From Malacoraja senta (taxonomy: Eukaryota), in the NCBI GenBank assembly GCA_038087875.1, contig CM075999.1:4342001-4406000 (forward strand): 64,000 bases of DNA, given 5' to 3'. A program made the translations under genes and the position numbers. Under the pieces are notes generated by a model. That model did no database searches. It saw only the letters and a program-made list of their open reading frames with translations, and had not been told where the DNA came from. Shown piece by piece: positions 48,775-61,257 of the stretch. How positions within the stretch are numbered: the stretch's first letter is position 1; each line of letters opens with the position of its first letter.

Positions 48775-51166
48775 CATAGAAACATAGAAAATATGTGCAG
48801 GAGTAGGCCATTCGGCCCTTCGAGCCTGCACCGCCATTCAATATGATCATGGCTGATCATCCAACTCAGTCCTGTACCTGCTTTCTCTCCATACCCCCTG
48901 ATCCCTTTAGCCACAATGGCCAGATCTAACTCCCTCTTAAATATAGCCAATGAACTGGCCTCAACTACCTTCTGTGGCAGAGAATTCCACAGATTCACCA
49001 CTCTCTGTGTGAAAAATGTTTTCCTCATCTCAGTCCTAAAAGATTTCCCCCTTATCCTTAAACTGTGACCCCCTTGTTCTGGACTTCCCCAACATCGGGA
49101 ACAATCTTCCTGCATCTAGCCTGTCCAACCCCTTAAGAATTTTGACGTTTCTATAAGATCCCCCCTCAATCTTATAAATTCTAGTGAGTACAAACCGAGT
49201 CTATCCAGTCTTTCTTCATATGAAAGTCCTGACATCTCAGGAATCAGTCTGGTGAACCTTCTCTGTACTCCCTCTATGGCAAGAATGTCTTTCCTCAGAT
49301 TAGGAGACCAAAACTGTACGCAATACTCCAGGTGTGGTCTCACCAAGACCCTGTACAACTGCAGTAGAACCTCCCTGCTCTTTTACTCAAATCCTTTTGC
49401 TATGAATGCTAACATACCATTCGCCTTCTTCACTGCCTGCTGCACCTGCGTGCCTACTTTTAATGACTGGTGTACCATGACACCCAGGTCTCGTTGCATC
49501 TCCCCTTTTACTAATCGGCCACCATTCAGATAATAGTCTACTTTCCTGTTTTTGCCACCAAAGTGGATAACCTCACATTTATCCACATTATACTGCATCT
49601 GCCATGCATTTGCCCACTCACCCAGCCTATCCAAGTCACCTTGCAGCCTCCGAGCATCCTCCTCACAGCTAACACTGCCCCCCAGCTTCGTGTCATCTGC
49701 AAACTTGGAGATGTTGCATTCAATTCCCTTGTCCAAATCATTAATATATATCGTAAATAGCTGGGGTCCCAGCACTGAGCCTTGCGGTACCCCACTAGTC
49801 ACTGCCTGCCATTGTGAAAAGGGCCCGTTTACTCCTACTCGTTGCTTCCTGTCTGCCAGCCAGTTCTCTATCCAAATCAATACTGAACCCCCAATACCGT
49901 GTGCTTTAAGTTTGTATACTAATCTCTTATGTGGGACCTTGTCAAAAGCCTTCTGAAAGTCCAGATATAACACATCCACTGGTTCTCCGTTATCCACTCT
50001 ACTAGTTACATCCTCGAAAAATTCTATAAGATTTGTCAGACATGATTTACCTTTCATAAATCCATGCTGACTTTGTCCAATGATTTCACCACTTTCCAAA
50101 TGTGCTGCTATCCCATCTTTAATAACTGACTAGCAGTTTCCCCACTACCGACCTTAGACTAACTGGTCTGTAATTCCCCATTTTCTCTCTCCCTCCCTTT
50201 TTAAAAAGTGGGGTTACATTAGCTACCCTCCAATCCTCAGGAACTACTCCAGAATCTAAAGAGTTTTGAAAAATTATCATTAATGCATCCACTATTTCTG
50301 GGGCTACTTCCTTAAGTACTCTGGGATGTAGCCTATCTGGCCCTCAGGATTTATCGGCCTTTAATCCATTCAATTTACCTAACACCACTTCCCGGCTAAC
50401 CTGGATTTCACTCAGTTCCTCCATCTCATTTGACCCCCGGTCCCCTGCTATTTCCGGCAGATTATTTATGTCTTCCTTAGTGAAGACAGAACCAAAGTAG
50501 TTATTCAATTGGTCTGCCATGTCCTTGTTCCCCATGATCAATTCACCTGTTTCTGACTGCAAGGGACCTACATTTGTTTTAACTAATCTTTTTCTCTTCA
50601 CATATCTATAAAAGCTTTTGCAGTCAGTTTTTATGTTCCCTGCCAGTTTTCTTCTAATTAAGCCCTTCTAATTAAGGGCTTCTAATTAAGCCCTTTGTCC
50701 TCCTCTGCTGGACTCTGAATTTCTCCCAGTCCTCTGGTAGGCTGCTTTTTCTGGCTAATTTGTACGCTTCATCTTTTGTTTTGATACTATCCCTGATTTC
50801 CATTGTTATCCATGGATGCACTACCTTCCCTGATTAATTTTTTTGCCAAACTGGGTTGAACAATTGTTGTAGTTCATCCATGCAGTCTCTAAATGCCTTC
50901 CATTGCATATCTACCGTCAACCCATTAAGAATCAATTGCCCAGTCTATCTTGGCCAATTCACTTCTCATACCCTCAAAGTTACCTTTCTTTAAGTTCCGG
51001 ACCCTTGTTTCTGAATTAACAATGTCACTCTCCATCCTAATGAAGAACTCAACCATAATATGGTCACTCTTGCCCAAGGGGCCACGCACAACAAGACTGC
51101 TAACTAACCCTTCCTAATTACTCAATACCCAATCTAGAGTTGCCTGCTCTCTCGTTGGTTCCTCTA
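48775..51166 (-). mobile_element. CR1 family B, 2.4 kb, inserted within a V-SINE (SINE halves at ~48648-48772 and 51168-51310)
   Basis: End of APE (LDWVLSN) through RT and 3' UTR; the flanks form the V-domain and tail of one SINE. Confidence 0.9.
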
Positions 51167-51654
51167 TGCTACGGCCTTTGGGATGCGAGAGGAAAGCAGA
51201 GTAACCGGAGGAAACCCACGTGGTTACAGAGAGAACCTGCAAACTCCACACAAACAGCACCCAAGGTCGGGACAGAACCCGGGTCTCTGGAGCCGAGGCA
51301 GCAGTATCTGGCCCTTCTAACTCCATTTGAGTTCCCTCAAAGCTATGTCTAATTCCATATGTAAACCTTACATATGCGTCCTTTTTCTTTTCCCTCATCA
51401 TCGAAGGTTCTCTTACCATGTCACTCTCCATCCAGGGACATGCTGCTCCTGAATTCTGATCAACTGATCTTTAAACGACTCCCACATGCTTCACTCCCCA
51501 GCATATGGGATCCTGTGATTTATAAAGAGAAGCATAGTCCATGCAGGCTATGCTGCAGACACACAAGTTCTGCTGCAGTCAGAACGCTGCGTGTCTTATG
51601 TGGCTGGCAGGAGGGATCCCAAGTACTTGCTGCTTAGACCAGTGGATGCAGATT

Positions 51655-51820
51655 CAACTGCCACCTTCCAGTGGGTAATTGGAAATAAATTGCAGGTGTA
51701 CAGTGAGGAGTAGGGCTGGGGCTGATTAGATGACAAAGGTGTCATCTAATCAGCCCCAGCCCTACTCCTCACTGTACACCTGCAATTTATTTCCAATTAC
51801 CCACTGGAAGGTGGCAGTTG
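51655..51820. repeat. Perfect 81-bp inverted repeat with 4-nt loop
   Basis: Arms 51655-51735 and 51740-51820 are exact reverse complements; loop AAGG. Confidence 0.97.
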
Positions 51821-51837
51821 GGCAATGACAAAGGTGT

Positions 51838-52531
51838 GTTTCACCAATCTGTGATAAATGTCTAAGTCAAGAAGCTACCATAGCGCATTCTTTTGTTTTT
51901 TGTACAAAAATCCAAAAATTCTGGTATGAAATATTTGATATTTTCTTAAAATTAATTAAAATAAAACTGGTACCAAAACCAGAATGGATCATTTTTGGAA
52001 TATCGGAAGGTATCCCTGAATTAAACGTGTATCAGAAGAACTTATTCAATTACGGGCTAATAATGGGAAAAAGGCTCATACTTAAATTCTGGAAAAATGC
52101 GCCCACACCAACAATAAAAATGTGGACATCAAATATGTTGGAAACATTACATCTGGAAGAGATGAGATTCCTCTTAGCAGGGAAAGCAGACCAATTCCAA
52201 AAGACGTGGTCTACGTTTGTGGACCTATTACAAGCATGAGGTGCAATAGTAATTTAAAAAATAAATAAATAAAGAAATGGTATCAGGACCTGGTAATGGG
52301 AGGTAAAACAATAAAAACAGACTTGGTTGGTGGTTCCCTTTCTGCGATTGTTCCTACTTTCTCTTTCTTTCTTTTCTAGGATCTACTTTCTTACGTTACT
52401 TCCTTCTCTAACTTCTTTTCTAAGGGGCTTTCTTTTCACAACACTCTCTTGCACCTCACGACTCTTGCGCACTTTCTTTACTTTTCTTACTTCTATCTTT
52501 CTCTTAAAAAAAATTAAAATAAAATAAAAAA
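51838..52531 (+). mobile_element. L1 LINE 3' end (ORF2 zinc finger, 3' UTR, A-tail) with 17-bp TSD
   Basis: PICDKCLSQEATIAHSFVFCTKIQKFW...KRLILKFWK...FQKTW; TSD AGATGACAAAGGTGTCA at 51728-51744 and 52532-52548; TT|AGA endonuclease-like site. Confidence 0.9.
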
Positions 52532-52820
52532 AGATGACAAAGGTGTCAGTGCACTGAGTGCAGGAACCTCTACACATTCTCTGCTTAAAGGCACCATGCT
52601 AAAGAATGCAGCATTCCTGATTTAACATGAAAGTTGTGGCTTAACGGAAAGTGGTAACAAATTCAATTCTCCTTTACCACATTGGGTAATACAGGAGGCA
52701 CAAGGAACAACAGATGCTGGAATGTTAAGCATACCACAAGTGCTGGAGGAACTCAGCAGGCCAGGCAGCATCTGTGGAGGGGATGGACAGTACATTTCAA
52801 GTCGTGAGCCTTCTTCAGAC

Positions 52821-52852
52821 CAAAGATCCTATAGCTCGCGATAGGATCTTTG
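52821..52852. mobile_element. 32-bp palindromic hAT-type micro-MITE
   Basis: CAAAGATCCTATAGCTCGCGATAGGATCTTTG with 8-bp TSD CTTCAGAC at 52813-52820 and 52853-52860. Confidence 0.85.
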
Positions 52853-53354
52853 CTTCAGACTGCAGTGGGGAGAATGCTGGAAGAGAGATGGGCGCAGGAC
52901 AAAGCCTGGCAAGTGATAGGTGGATACAGATGAAGGGGAAGGGTTGGATGTTGGGTGGAGTAGGTGACAAAGGCTTGAGGTGAAAAGGAGACAAATGTGC
53001 ATCAGATAAGAAGTGAAATGTAAAGCTAAAGGAAAATATGTAGGTGGAAGAGGAAAGAGGGGCAGGATAGTGAGAGAAATGGGTATGCACCAGGGTGAGA
53101 GGGTCATGGAAAGAGGGAAAGGGTAGGAGTATCACTTCAAATTAAAGAATCCAATGTTCATATAATGTTGCATTGTAAAACCGGGTAGACAGTCAGAGCA
53201 TTCCCCCAGGGTGGAAATGTCAAGAACTATAGGGCATAGCTTTAAGACAAGTGTCACATAGTTTGAAGATGTGCAGGTTAAGTTTTTCCCCCCACAGAGG
53301 GTGATAGGTGCCTGGAAAGTTCTGTCAGTGGTGGTGACACAATAGTGGTATCAC

Positions 53355-55567
53355 AGAAGACAATAGGTGCAGGAATAGGCCATTCTGTCCTTCAAGCCAG
53401 CACCACCATTCACTGTGATCATGGCTGATCATCCACAATCAGTACCCATTTCCTGCTTTCTCCCCATATCCACTGACTCTGCTATCTTTAACTCTATCTA
53501 ACTCTCTCTTGAAAGCATCCAGAGAATTGGCCTCCACTGCCTGAGGCAGAGAATTCCACAAATTCACAACTCTCTGGGTGAAAATTTTTTTGCTCATCTC
53601 CGTTCTAAATGGCCTACCCCTTATTCTTAAACTGTGGCCCATGGTTCGGGACTCCCCCAACATCAGGAACATGTTTCCTGCCTCTAGCATGCCCAATCCC
53701 TTAATAATCTTATGTTTCAATAAGATCCTCTCTCATCATTCTAAATTCCAGTGTATACAAGCCCAGCCGCTCCATTCTATCAACATACGAATGTCCCGCA
53801 ATCCCAGGAATTAACCTCGTGAACCTATGCTGCACTCCTTCAATAGCAAGAATGTCCTTCCTCAAATTTGGAGACCAAAACTGCACACAATACTCCAGGT
53901 GTGGTCTCACTAGGGCTCTGTACAACTGCAGAAGGACCTCTTTGCTCCTATACTCAACTCCTCTTGTTATGAAGGCCAACATGCCATTAGCATTCTACAC
54001 TGCCTGCTGTATCTGCATGCTTACTTTTATTGAGTGATGAACAAGGACCCCCAGATCTCTTTGTATTTCCCCTTTTCCCAACTTGACACCATTCAGGTAA
54101 TAATCTGCCTTCCTGATTTTGCCACCAAAGTAGATAACCTCACATTTATCCACATTAAACTGCATCTGCCATGCATCCGCCCACTCACCCAACCTGTCCA
54201 AGTCACCCTGCATCCATAGAGCATCCTCCTCACAGTTCACACTCCCACCCAGCTTTGTGCCATTTGCAAATTTGCTAATGTTACTTTGAATCCCTTCATC
54301 TAAATCATTGATATATATTTTAAATAGCTGCTGTCCCAGCACCGAGCACTGGTCACTGCCTGCCATTCTGAAAGGGACCCGTTAATCCTTACTCTTTGTT
54401 TCCTGTCGCCAACCAATTTTCTATCCGTGTCAGTACCCTACCCCAAACCATGTGCCCTAATTTTGCCCACTAATCTCCCATGTGGGACCTTATCAAATGC
54501 TTTCGGAAAGACCAGGTACACTACATCCACTGGTTCTCCCTTGTCCATTTTCCCAGTTACATCCTCAAAAAAATTCCAGAAGATTAGTCAAGCATGATTT
54601 CCCCTTCATAAATCCATGCCGACTCAGATCAATCCTGTTACTGCTATCCAAATGTGCTGCTATTTCATCTTTTATAATTGACTCCAGCATCTTCCCCACC
54701 TATCAGGCTAACTGGTCTATAATTCCCTCTTTTCTCTCTCCCGCATTTCTTAAAAAGTGGGATAACATTAGCTACCCTCCAATCCACAGGAATTGATCCT
54801 GAATCTATAGAACATTGGAAAATGATAACCAATGCGTCCACGATTTCTAGATCCACTTCCTTAAGTACCCTGGGATGCAGACCATCAGACCCTGGGGATT
54901 TATCAGCCTTCAGTCCCATCAGTCTACCCAACACCATTTCCTGCCCAATGTGTATTTCCTTCAGTTCCTCCGTCACCCCAGATCCTCTGGCCACTAGTAC
55001 ATCAGGAAGATTGTTTGTGTCTTCCCTAGTGAAGACGGATCCAAAGTACCCGTTCAATTCGTCTGCCATTTCCTTGTTCCCCATAATAAATTCACCTGTT
55101 TCAATCTTCAAGGGTCCAACTTTGGTCTTAACTAATGTTTTCCTCTTCATATACCTAAATAAGCTTTTACTATCCTCCTTTATATTCTTGGCTAGCTTAC
55201 CTTCGTACCTCATCTTTTCTCCCCATATTGCCTTTTTAGTTATCTTCTGTTTAAACATTGTCCAATCCTCTTGCTTCCCACTCATCTTTGTTGTTATACT
55301 TCTCTTTTATTTTTATACTGTCCTTGACTTCCTTTGTCAGCCACGGTCGCCCCTTACTTCCCTTTGAATCTTTCTTCCCCTTTGGAATGAACTGCTCCTG
55401 CACCTTCTGTATTATTCCCAGAAATACCTGCCATTGTCGTTCCACTGTCATCCCTGCTAGGGTATCTTTCCAGTCAACTTTGGCTAGCTTCTCCCTCATG
55501 GCTCCATAGTCCCCTCTGTTCAACATTAATACCAACACTTCCAATTTCCCTTCTCCCTCTCAAATTG
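53355..55567 (-). mobile_element. CR1 family C, 2.2 kb, frameshifted
   Basis: KSPGSDGLHPRVLKE, NYRPVSL and VRPHLEYCVQFWSP motifs. Confidence 0.92.
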
Positions 55568-55920
55568 TAACCATATAACCATAACAGCACGGAAACAGGC
55601 CATCTCGGCCCTTCAAGTCCGTGCCGAACATTTAAATTTTTTTTTTTTTTTAAATTAAAAATAAAATACTTCCCCCTAGTCCCATCTACCTGCACTCAGA
55701 CCATAACCCTCCATTCCTTTCCCGTCCATATACCCATCCAATCTATTTTTAAAGGATAACATCGAACCTGCCTCCACCACTTCCACTGGAAGCTCATTCC
55801 ACACAGCTGCCACTCTCTGAGTAAAGAAGTTCCCCTAATGTTCCCCCTAAACTTCTGTCCCTTAATTCTCAAGTCATGTCCCCTTGTTTGAATCTTCCCT
55901 ACTCTCAATGGGAAAAGCTT
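55568..55920 (-). mobile_element. CR1 family A 3' fragment abutting the family C copy
   Basis: Near-identical to 27050-27440, including the ATGGTT tail. Confidence 0.92.
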
Positions 55921-56942
55921 AGAAGCTTGTAGAAGCCTATCAACAAGTACATGGATCTAGAGACCAATGGCAGAGTAGGTGGCTACATTGCCGAGTCCCC
56001 ATGCTCTGTCCACCATGGCCACCTGGTACTCCCAGTGGGTAGTCACCTCAATTCCCCTCCCCCTTCCCTCTTGTCTTCCACCACTGCCACGGTGATGCCA
56101 AATGCAAACTAGAGCAATAGCACCACATATTCCAAATCAATAATCTACAACCTGATGGCACGAGCATCAAATTCTCTAATTTCAGGTAACCCGCTCCCCC
56201 GGTTCCTCTATCCAGATACTCCCACATATCCTTCTTCTCCATCCACTCCCTCCATCAGGCATCTCCTTCCATTGATCCTACCTGCCCGCCCCACCTACAT
56301 CATCTCACCTACCTGCCTCACCTGACCTACATGGTCCCACCTGAGCCAGATGTCCTATTCTCCACCCCAGGTGATTCTACCTGCAGCCCTGGTTATCTCC
56401 ACCAATGTCTGTCTGTTATCATCCCTCTCTCCCCCACCTGACTCCAACTACCAATCCTTACCGCCTCCTCAGCTTAATCCTGCCCGTTGCCAGCTCCGTC
56501 CCTCTCCCTTCACCTCTTTATACCAGCTCTCCACCTTCAGTTTCAATCCAGAGAAATGGTTTTGACCCAAAACATTATGTCCATTCCCTCCATATTGCTG
56601 CCTGACACCTTGAATTACTCCAGCCCTTTGGTTTTTGACCACATTCATCAAACATGGTTACATCTACACCAATCCTCTGGATGCCTGCCCCTTTAGACAT
56701 TACCCAACACACTGCACTAACATTGATTCTGGAGTACTTTATTGCTGACCTAAATTGCAGTAATATTAAAACCAAATAATATGATTGGTTCCACTGTAAT
56801 TTTGCGTACATTCAGAACCAATTTGGCTGCATGACATTAATTTAGCTGGTGCAAGATGTGATTAGACTCCTTGATTTCTCAGCGTCTACATTCCTTGGAA
56901 AGGAAAGAAACTTGAACCTGCTGACAATATGTTTTATTGCAG

Positions 56943-57018
56943 GGAAAGTCTGACGATGTGTGGACATCTTATTGAATCTCCGGACATGATAGATCAGAAG
57001 AATCCAAATCCAAAATGA
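56943..57018 (+). CDS. SYNC: Probable terminal coding exon of syncoilin
   Basis: Branch point CTGAC plus TTTTATTGCAG| acceptor; phase 2 matches the previous exon and gives (Y)KESLTMCGHLIESPDMIDQKNPNPK*; ATTAAA signals at ~57069 and ~57077. Confidence 0.6.
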
Positions 57019-57293
57019 ATCAGTTTCAAAACATTTCTTCATATATATTGGCACATCTCCCTTTTCCCATTAAAGTATTAAAAAACTATTTAGGGTTCAA
57101 TAATTCAGGTTCCCAAGGACACTTGTTTGTTTCATTGCTTGGAGGTAGCAAGACATTTTTATTTCCCACCCCTAACCAGCTGAGAGCAGTTAGGAGTTAA
57201 CCAATTAGAAGGAACATTTGCAATGATCCAGTGGTTTCCCAGGAACCACTACCAGTGTATTTAATCATATCAATTTAACTTCCCCAGTTCCGT

Positions 57294-58104
57294 AGTGGGA
57301 TTTTAACTCATCTGTATCCACGGGCAAGGCTTTCGAACTCCATCCAGTAATGAGGTTGCTACACTCCGTCTCCATGTTAGAAAAAGTAACTTTCAAATCA
57401 ACTTTTCCATTTGGAGTAATATCCAATTAAAAGCATTGTTGGATAACCAGCAGAATAACACTCCCACTCATGTTTTATCTCCTGGAAGGATTGCAAAGCA
57501 GATTGAAAAGGTAGATACTGGGGCTAACCATACTAAATGATGAGAACAGTTTGCACATAGAAAGATAAGGCAAATTCGTTTTATAATTATTATTTAACCA
57601 AGGTGCGTGGACTTCACAGATTAAGCCAGCATTTATTGCCCATTCCTACCTGCCCATGAGAAGGTGGTGAGCTGCTTTCTTGAATCACTGCAGACTATGA
57701 GGGGTGGATACACCAACAGTGCTGTTGGGGAGGATTACAGAGCTACATTTAGATGTTCAAGACAATCAACCATAGGTACCACCGACAATTACATGGATAG
57801 GCCAGGGTTGGAGGGATATGGACCAAATGCAGGCAGGTGGGACAAATTTAGCTGGGACATGTTGGCCAGTGTGGGCCGAAGGGCCTGTTTCCACACTGTA
57901 TTACTCTATGAAAGAGGTTTGGTACAGTAAACTATTAACATCCTCACAGGTAAGTGAATCCAAAACTAGGAGGTACATTCTTATAATTTCTTCAGTGATG
58001 GGCATAGTGACAATATGGAGTTCTCTTCCAAAATCTGTTAAATCAAGGGTTGATTAAAAATGTTAAAGCCTTGCCCGTGGATACAGATGAGTTAAAATCC
58101 CACT
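57294..58104. repeat. Perfect 40-bp inverted repeat pair (57294-57333 and 58065-58104)
   Basis: AGTGGGATTTTAACTCATCTGTATCCACGGGCAAGGCTTT and its exact reverse complement. Confidence 0.95.
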
Positions 58105-59604
58105 CCTAATGATTGTAGGAGTTTCAAACCAAGCCTAGATCGAGTTATAATGCACATCTCAGCCGAAATCTGGTGAAAGATTTTGATAGCAGATTCAGTA
58201 GTTTTGAAAAATTACACAATAAGTCATGCTCTAGTGGTTTAAAATCAGATAGAACATACAACAGTATAACGCAGGAACAGGCCCTTCAGCCCACAATGTC
58301 CATGCCAAACATGCCAATCAAATAATCTCCCCAGCTTCAACTTGACGAACATGCATCCATTCCCTGCATATCCACGTGCCTATCTAAAAGTCTCAAACAC
58401 CATTATCTATCGTATCTGCCCTCACCACCACCACCACCATCTACCGCTCTGTGTAAAAAAACCTGCCCCATCCGATTTAAACTTTGCCCCTCAGCTATGC
58501 CCTCTAGTCTTTGACATTTCTTACCTGGGGAAAGAGGTTTTGACTATCTAAGCCTCAAAGTTTTACAAACTTCTATCAGGTCTCCCCTCAACCTCTGACA
58601 TTCCAGAGAAAATAATCCCAAATTTGTCCAACCTCCTTATAGTTATACCCTCTAATCCAGACAGCATTTTGGTGAACCTTCTGCACTCTCCCAAAGCCTC
58701 CACACGCTTCCGGTAATGGGACGAGCTGAACTGCACACAATATTTATATGTGGGTAAAGCAATATCATATACAACTGCAACATGACTTTCTAGATTTTCC
58801 CCTCAATAACCTGAGATTGATACAAACAGCCCCAGATAATTTATCCACTTTAATGCTCTTCCAACACATCTTCCTTCTTGATCTCAAGCCTTTTAGTCTA
58901 CCTCACACTATCCTCGGTAATCTTTTCCTTGGTGAATAGAGATGCAAAGTGGCACCGAGATTATAACTTCTGACTAAGCATAAATTCCCTTCTAGAATTC
59001 CCTTCTTTGTAGTTACCCTTGTTTCTAATACACATATGAAAAGTTTGTTTGCTCGTGTGTCAGACGACGTTCTGCCATTGCTTTGCCACATCTGTGCCTC
59101 TCCGATCATCGTCTACAGTGCATGATTCTCTGCTGCAGGTCAGTAGGTGGGCCATTGTCTGTTCCTCTCCACAGTTGCACTTGTCAGTCACATATGAAAA
59201 GTCATAACATTATTAAAATCTGACTTGCCAATGACATTTCATGACCCCTTTCTGCCATTCCCGACAGCAACGGTTCCCAATTTACACACTCCTGACCTCC
59301 TGCCTAATAACATTGCAATTTGCCTTACCCTCATTTAGAACTTTCCTAATGGATCCAGACAATCTTAAACTGATGGAGCTGTGATCACTGTTCCAAAAGT
59401 GCTCTTCCACTGAAACATCAATCACCTGGCTATGCTCGTTCCCTCCCCGAGTTGGACTATCCCCATGCGGTTTCAGGAAACCCTCTGGATACACTTCTAC
59501 CCCATCATAAAGTAATACAGCATGGAAACAGGCCCTTCGGTCCAATTCGTCCATACCCAACCAAGATGCCCATCTAAACTAGTCCCAACTGGGTTAGGGT
59601 TAGG

Positions 59605-60412
59605 GTTTCCGGAAGTGGCGGCGCTGTTGCACAGCTGCGGCTCGCCTGCAGTCCGTCTGTTTTTACTTTTTTTGTTGTTTTCTTTTTGTCCTGTTTTAGT
59701 TAAATTTTAGTTTATTGGGTTGTGTATGTGTTGGGGGTGGGGGGTGAAACATGTTTTTTGTCTCTTCCTTCGGGGGAAGGCGACTTTTTCTTGTCGTATC
59801 CCCCTTCTCTGCCTCCGTCTGCGCTGAGGCCAAAATGGCGGAGCTGCCGGCCTCCAACTTCAACTGCGACCGACCTCGAGGCTCCGGAGTCAGAGCCAGG
59901 ACTTACCAGCGCGGGGCTGGCCGGCTTCGGGGCTGCGGTGGCGACCGAGTACACTGGTGGCGACCTGAATCCGGAGGCTCGGCCGCGGGCCCGGTGGACG
60001 ACATCGTCGGGAGCTCGCAGGTCACAGGTGGGTGACCTGTTTTTCTGGGGCTCCCGCAACTACAGCTGCGTCCGCTGGACTGGAGGGCGGCAGTTTCGGC
60101 CACCCTGGGCCGCGGAGTTTGAACCGGCCCGTCGCGGACGGAGCACGGATTCAGCCGCAGGACTGACTTACCATCACCCGGCGGGGTCACAACGTCAGAA
60201 GCCTGGATCGCCTCAGCGCAGAGGGAGAACAAAGAGGGAAGAGACAGAGACTTTAAGACTTTTGCCTCCATCAGTGAGGAGGTGCCTGGTGAACTCACTG
60301 TGGTGGATGTTAATTTGTGTTTATTGTGTGTTTTGTTATTTATTATATGTATGACTGCAGGCAACGAAATTTCGTTCAGACCAAAAGGTCTGAATGACAA
60401 TAAAGGAATCTA
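59605..60412 (+). mobile_element. Non-coding structured retroposon, copy B, preceded by telomeric repeats
   Basis: Begins GTTTCCGGAAGTGGCGGCGC and ends TTCAGACC-AAAA-GGTCTGAATGACAATAAAGG; homologous to 20942-21917. Confidence 0.75.
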
Positions 60413-60491
60413 AGTCATTTGGCCCATTATTTTCTATCCATGTACATCCAAGTCTCATTTAAATGCTATTATGGTACCTGCCTCAACTATC

Positions 60492-60630
60492 GCCTTTGGC
60501 ACATCATTCCATATATCCAACCCTCTCAAGTGAAAGCCTTTGGCACCTCATTCCATATATCCAACACTCTCAAGTGAAAGCCTTTGGCACATCATTCCAT
60601 ATATCCAACACTCTCAAGTGAAAGCCTTTG
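60492..60630. repeat. 44-bp tandem triplication
   Basis: GCCTTTGGCACATCATTCCATATATCCAACACTCTCAAGTGAAA x3. Confidence 0.9.
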
Positions 60631-61251
60631 AAGTGCGTCTAAGTCAATTGCACTGTGTAAGTGCCAGACGACATTGAGGATGTTAAAGATGCCTATGACA
60701 CCCCTCTTGCTTTTGCATCTTTCCGTAACCTGTCTAGTCTCAACCCGATTCCTTCTCTCCAGAGATGCTGCCTTTCCCGCTGAGTTCCTCCAGCATTGTG
60801 TCCATCTTCTGTTCCTCCAAACATCTATGCCAGCTGAACAATGCTGTATACTATTCTGATAACTGAAAAAGGATACATGTTTACAAAGCTGAAACCCACG
60901 TGTAAAAAGGTTGAAGCACAATACCCATCATTCCCAACGGGTCCTAGATGAATTATCAATCTATATTACACTATACCACACTATATTCCCTTGCCTCCTA
61001 TCCCAGTTCAGAATGTAACTGTAAAATGCAAAACAGAAGGGAGTGTAAAACGCTCCATAAACAGGACATTGATCCAACGGGTCACCATTAGATGAATCCG
61101 CAGCTGAGGAATTCCACTCCAGGAGTTTTTCTTTAGAACATATTTTACTCAATCCAATGCATGAACACAGAAAGATCACTACATCAAAACAAGCTGTAGA
61201 ACACATGCAAAAAACTTGCATTTAATATTTTGTGTAGAAAAACATATCATT

Positions 61252-61257
61252 TTTATT
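61252..61257 (-). terminator. Candidate poly(A) signal of RBBP4
   Basis: AATAAA on the minus strand, about 390 nt after the stop codon. Confidence 0.5.
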
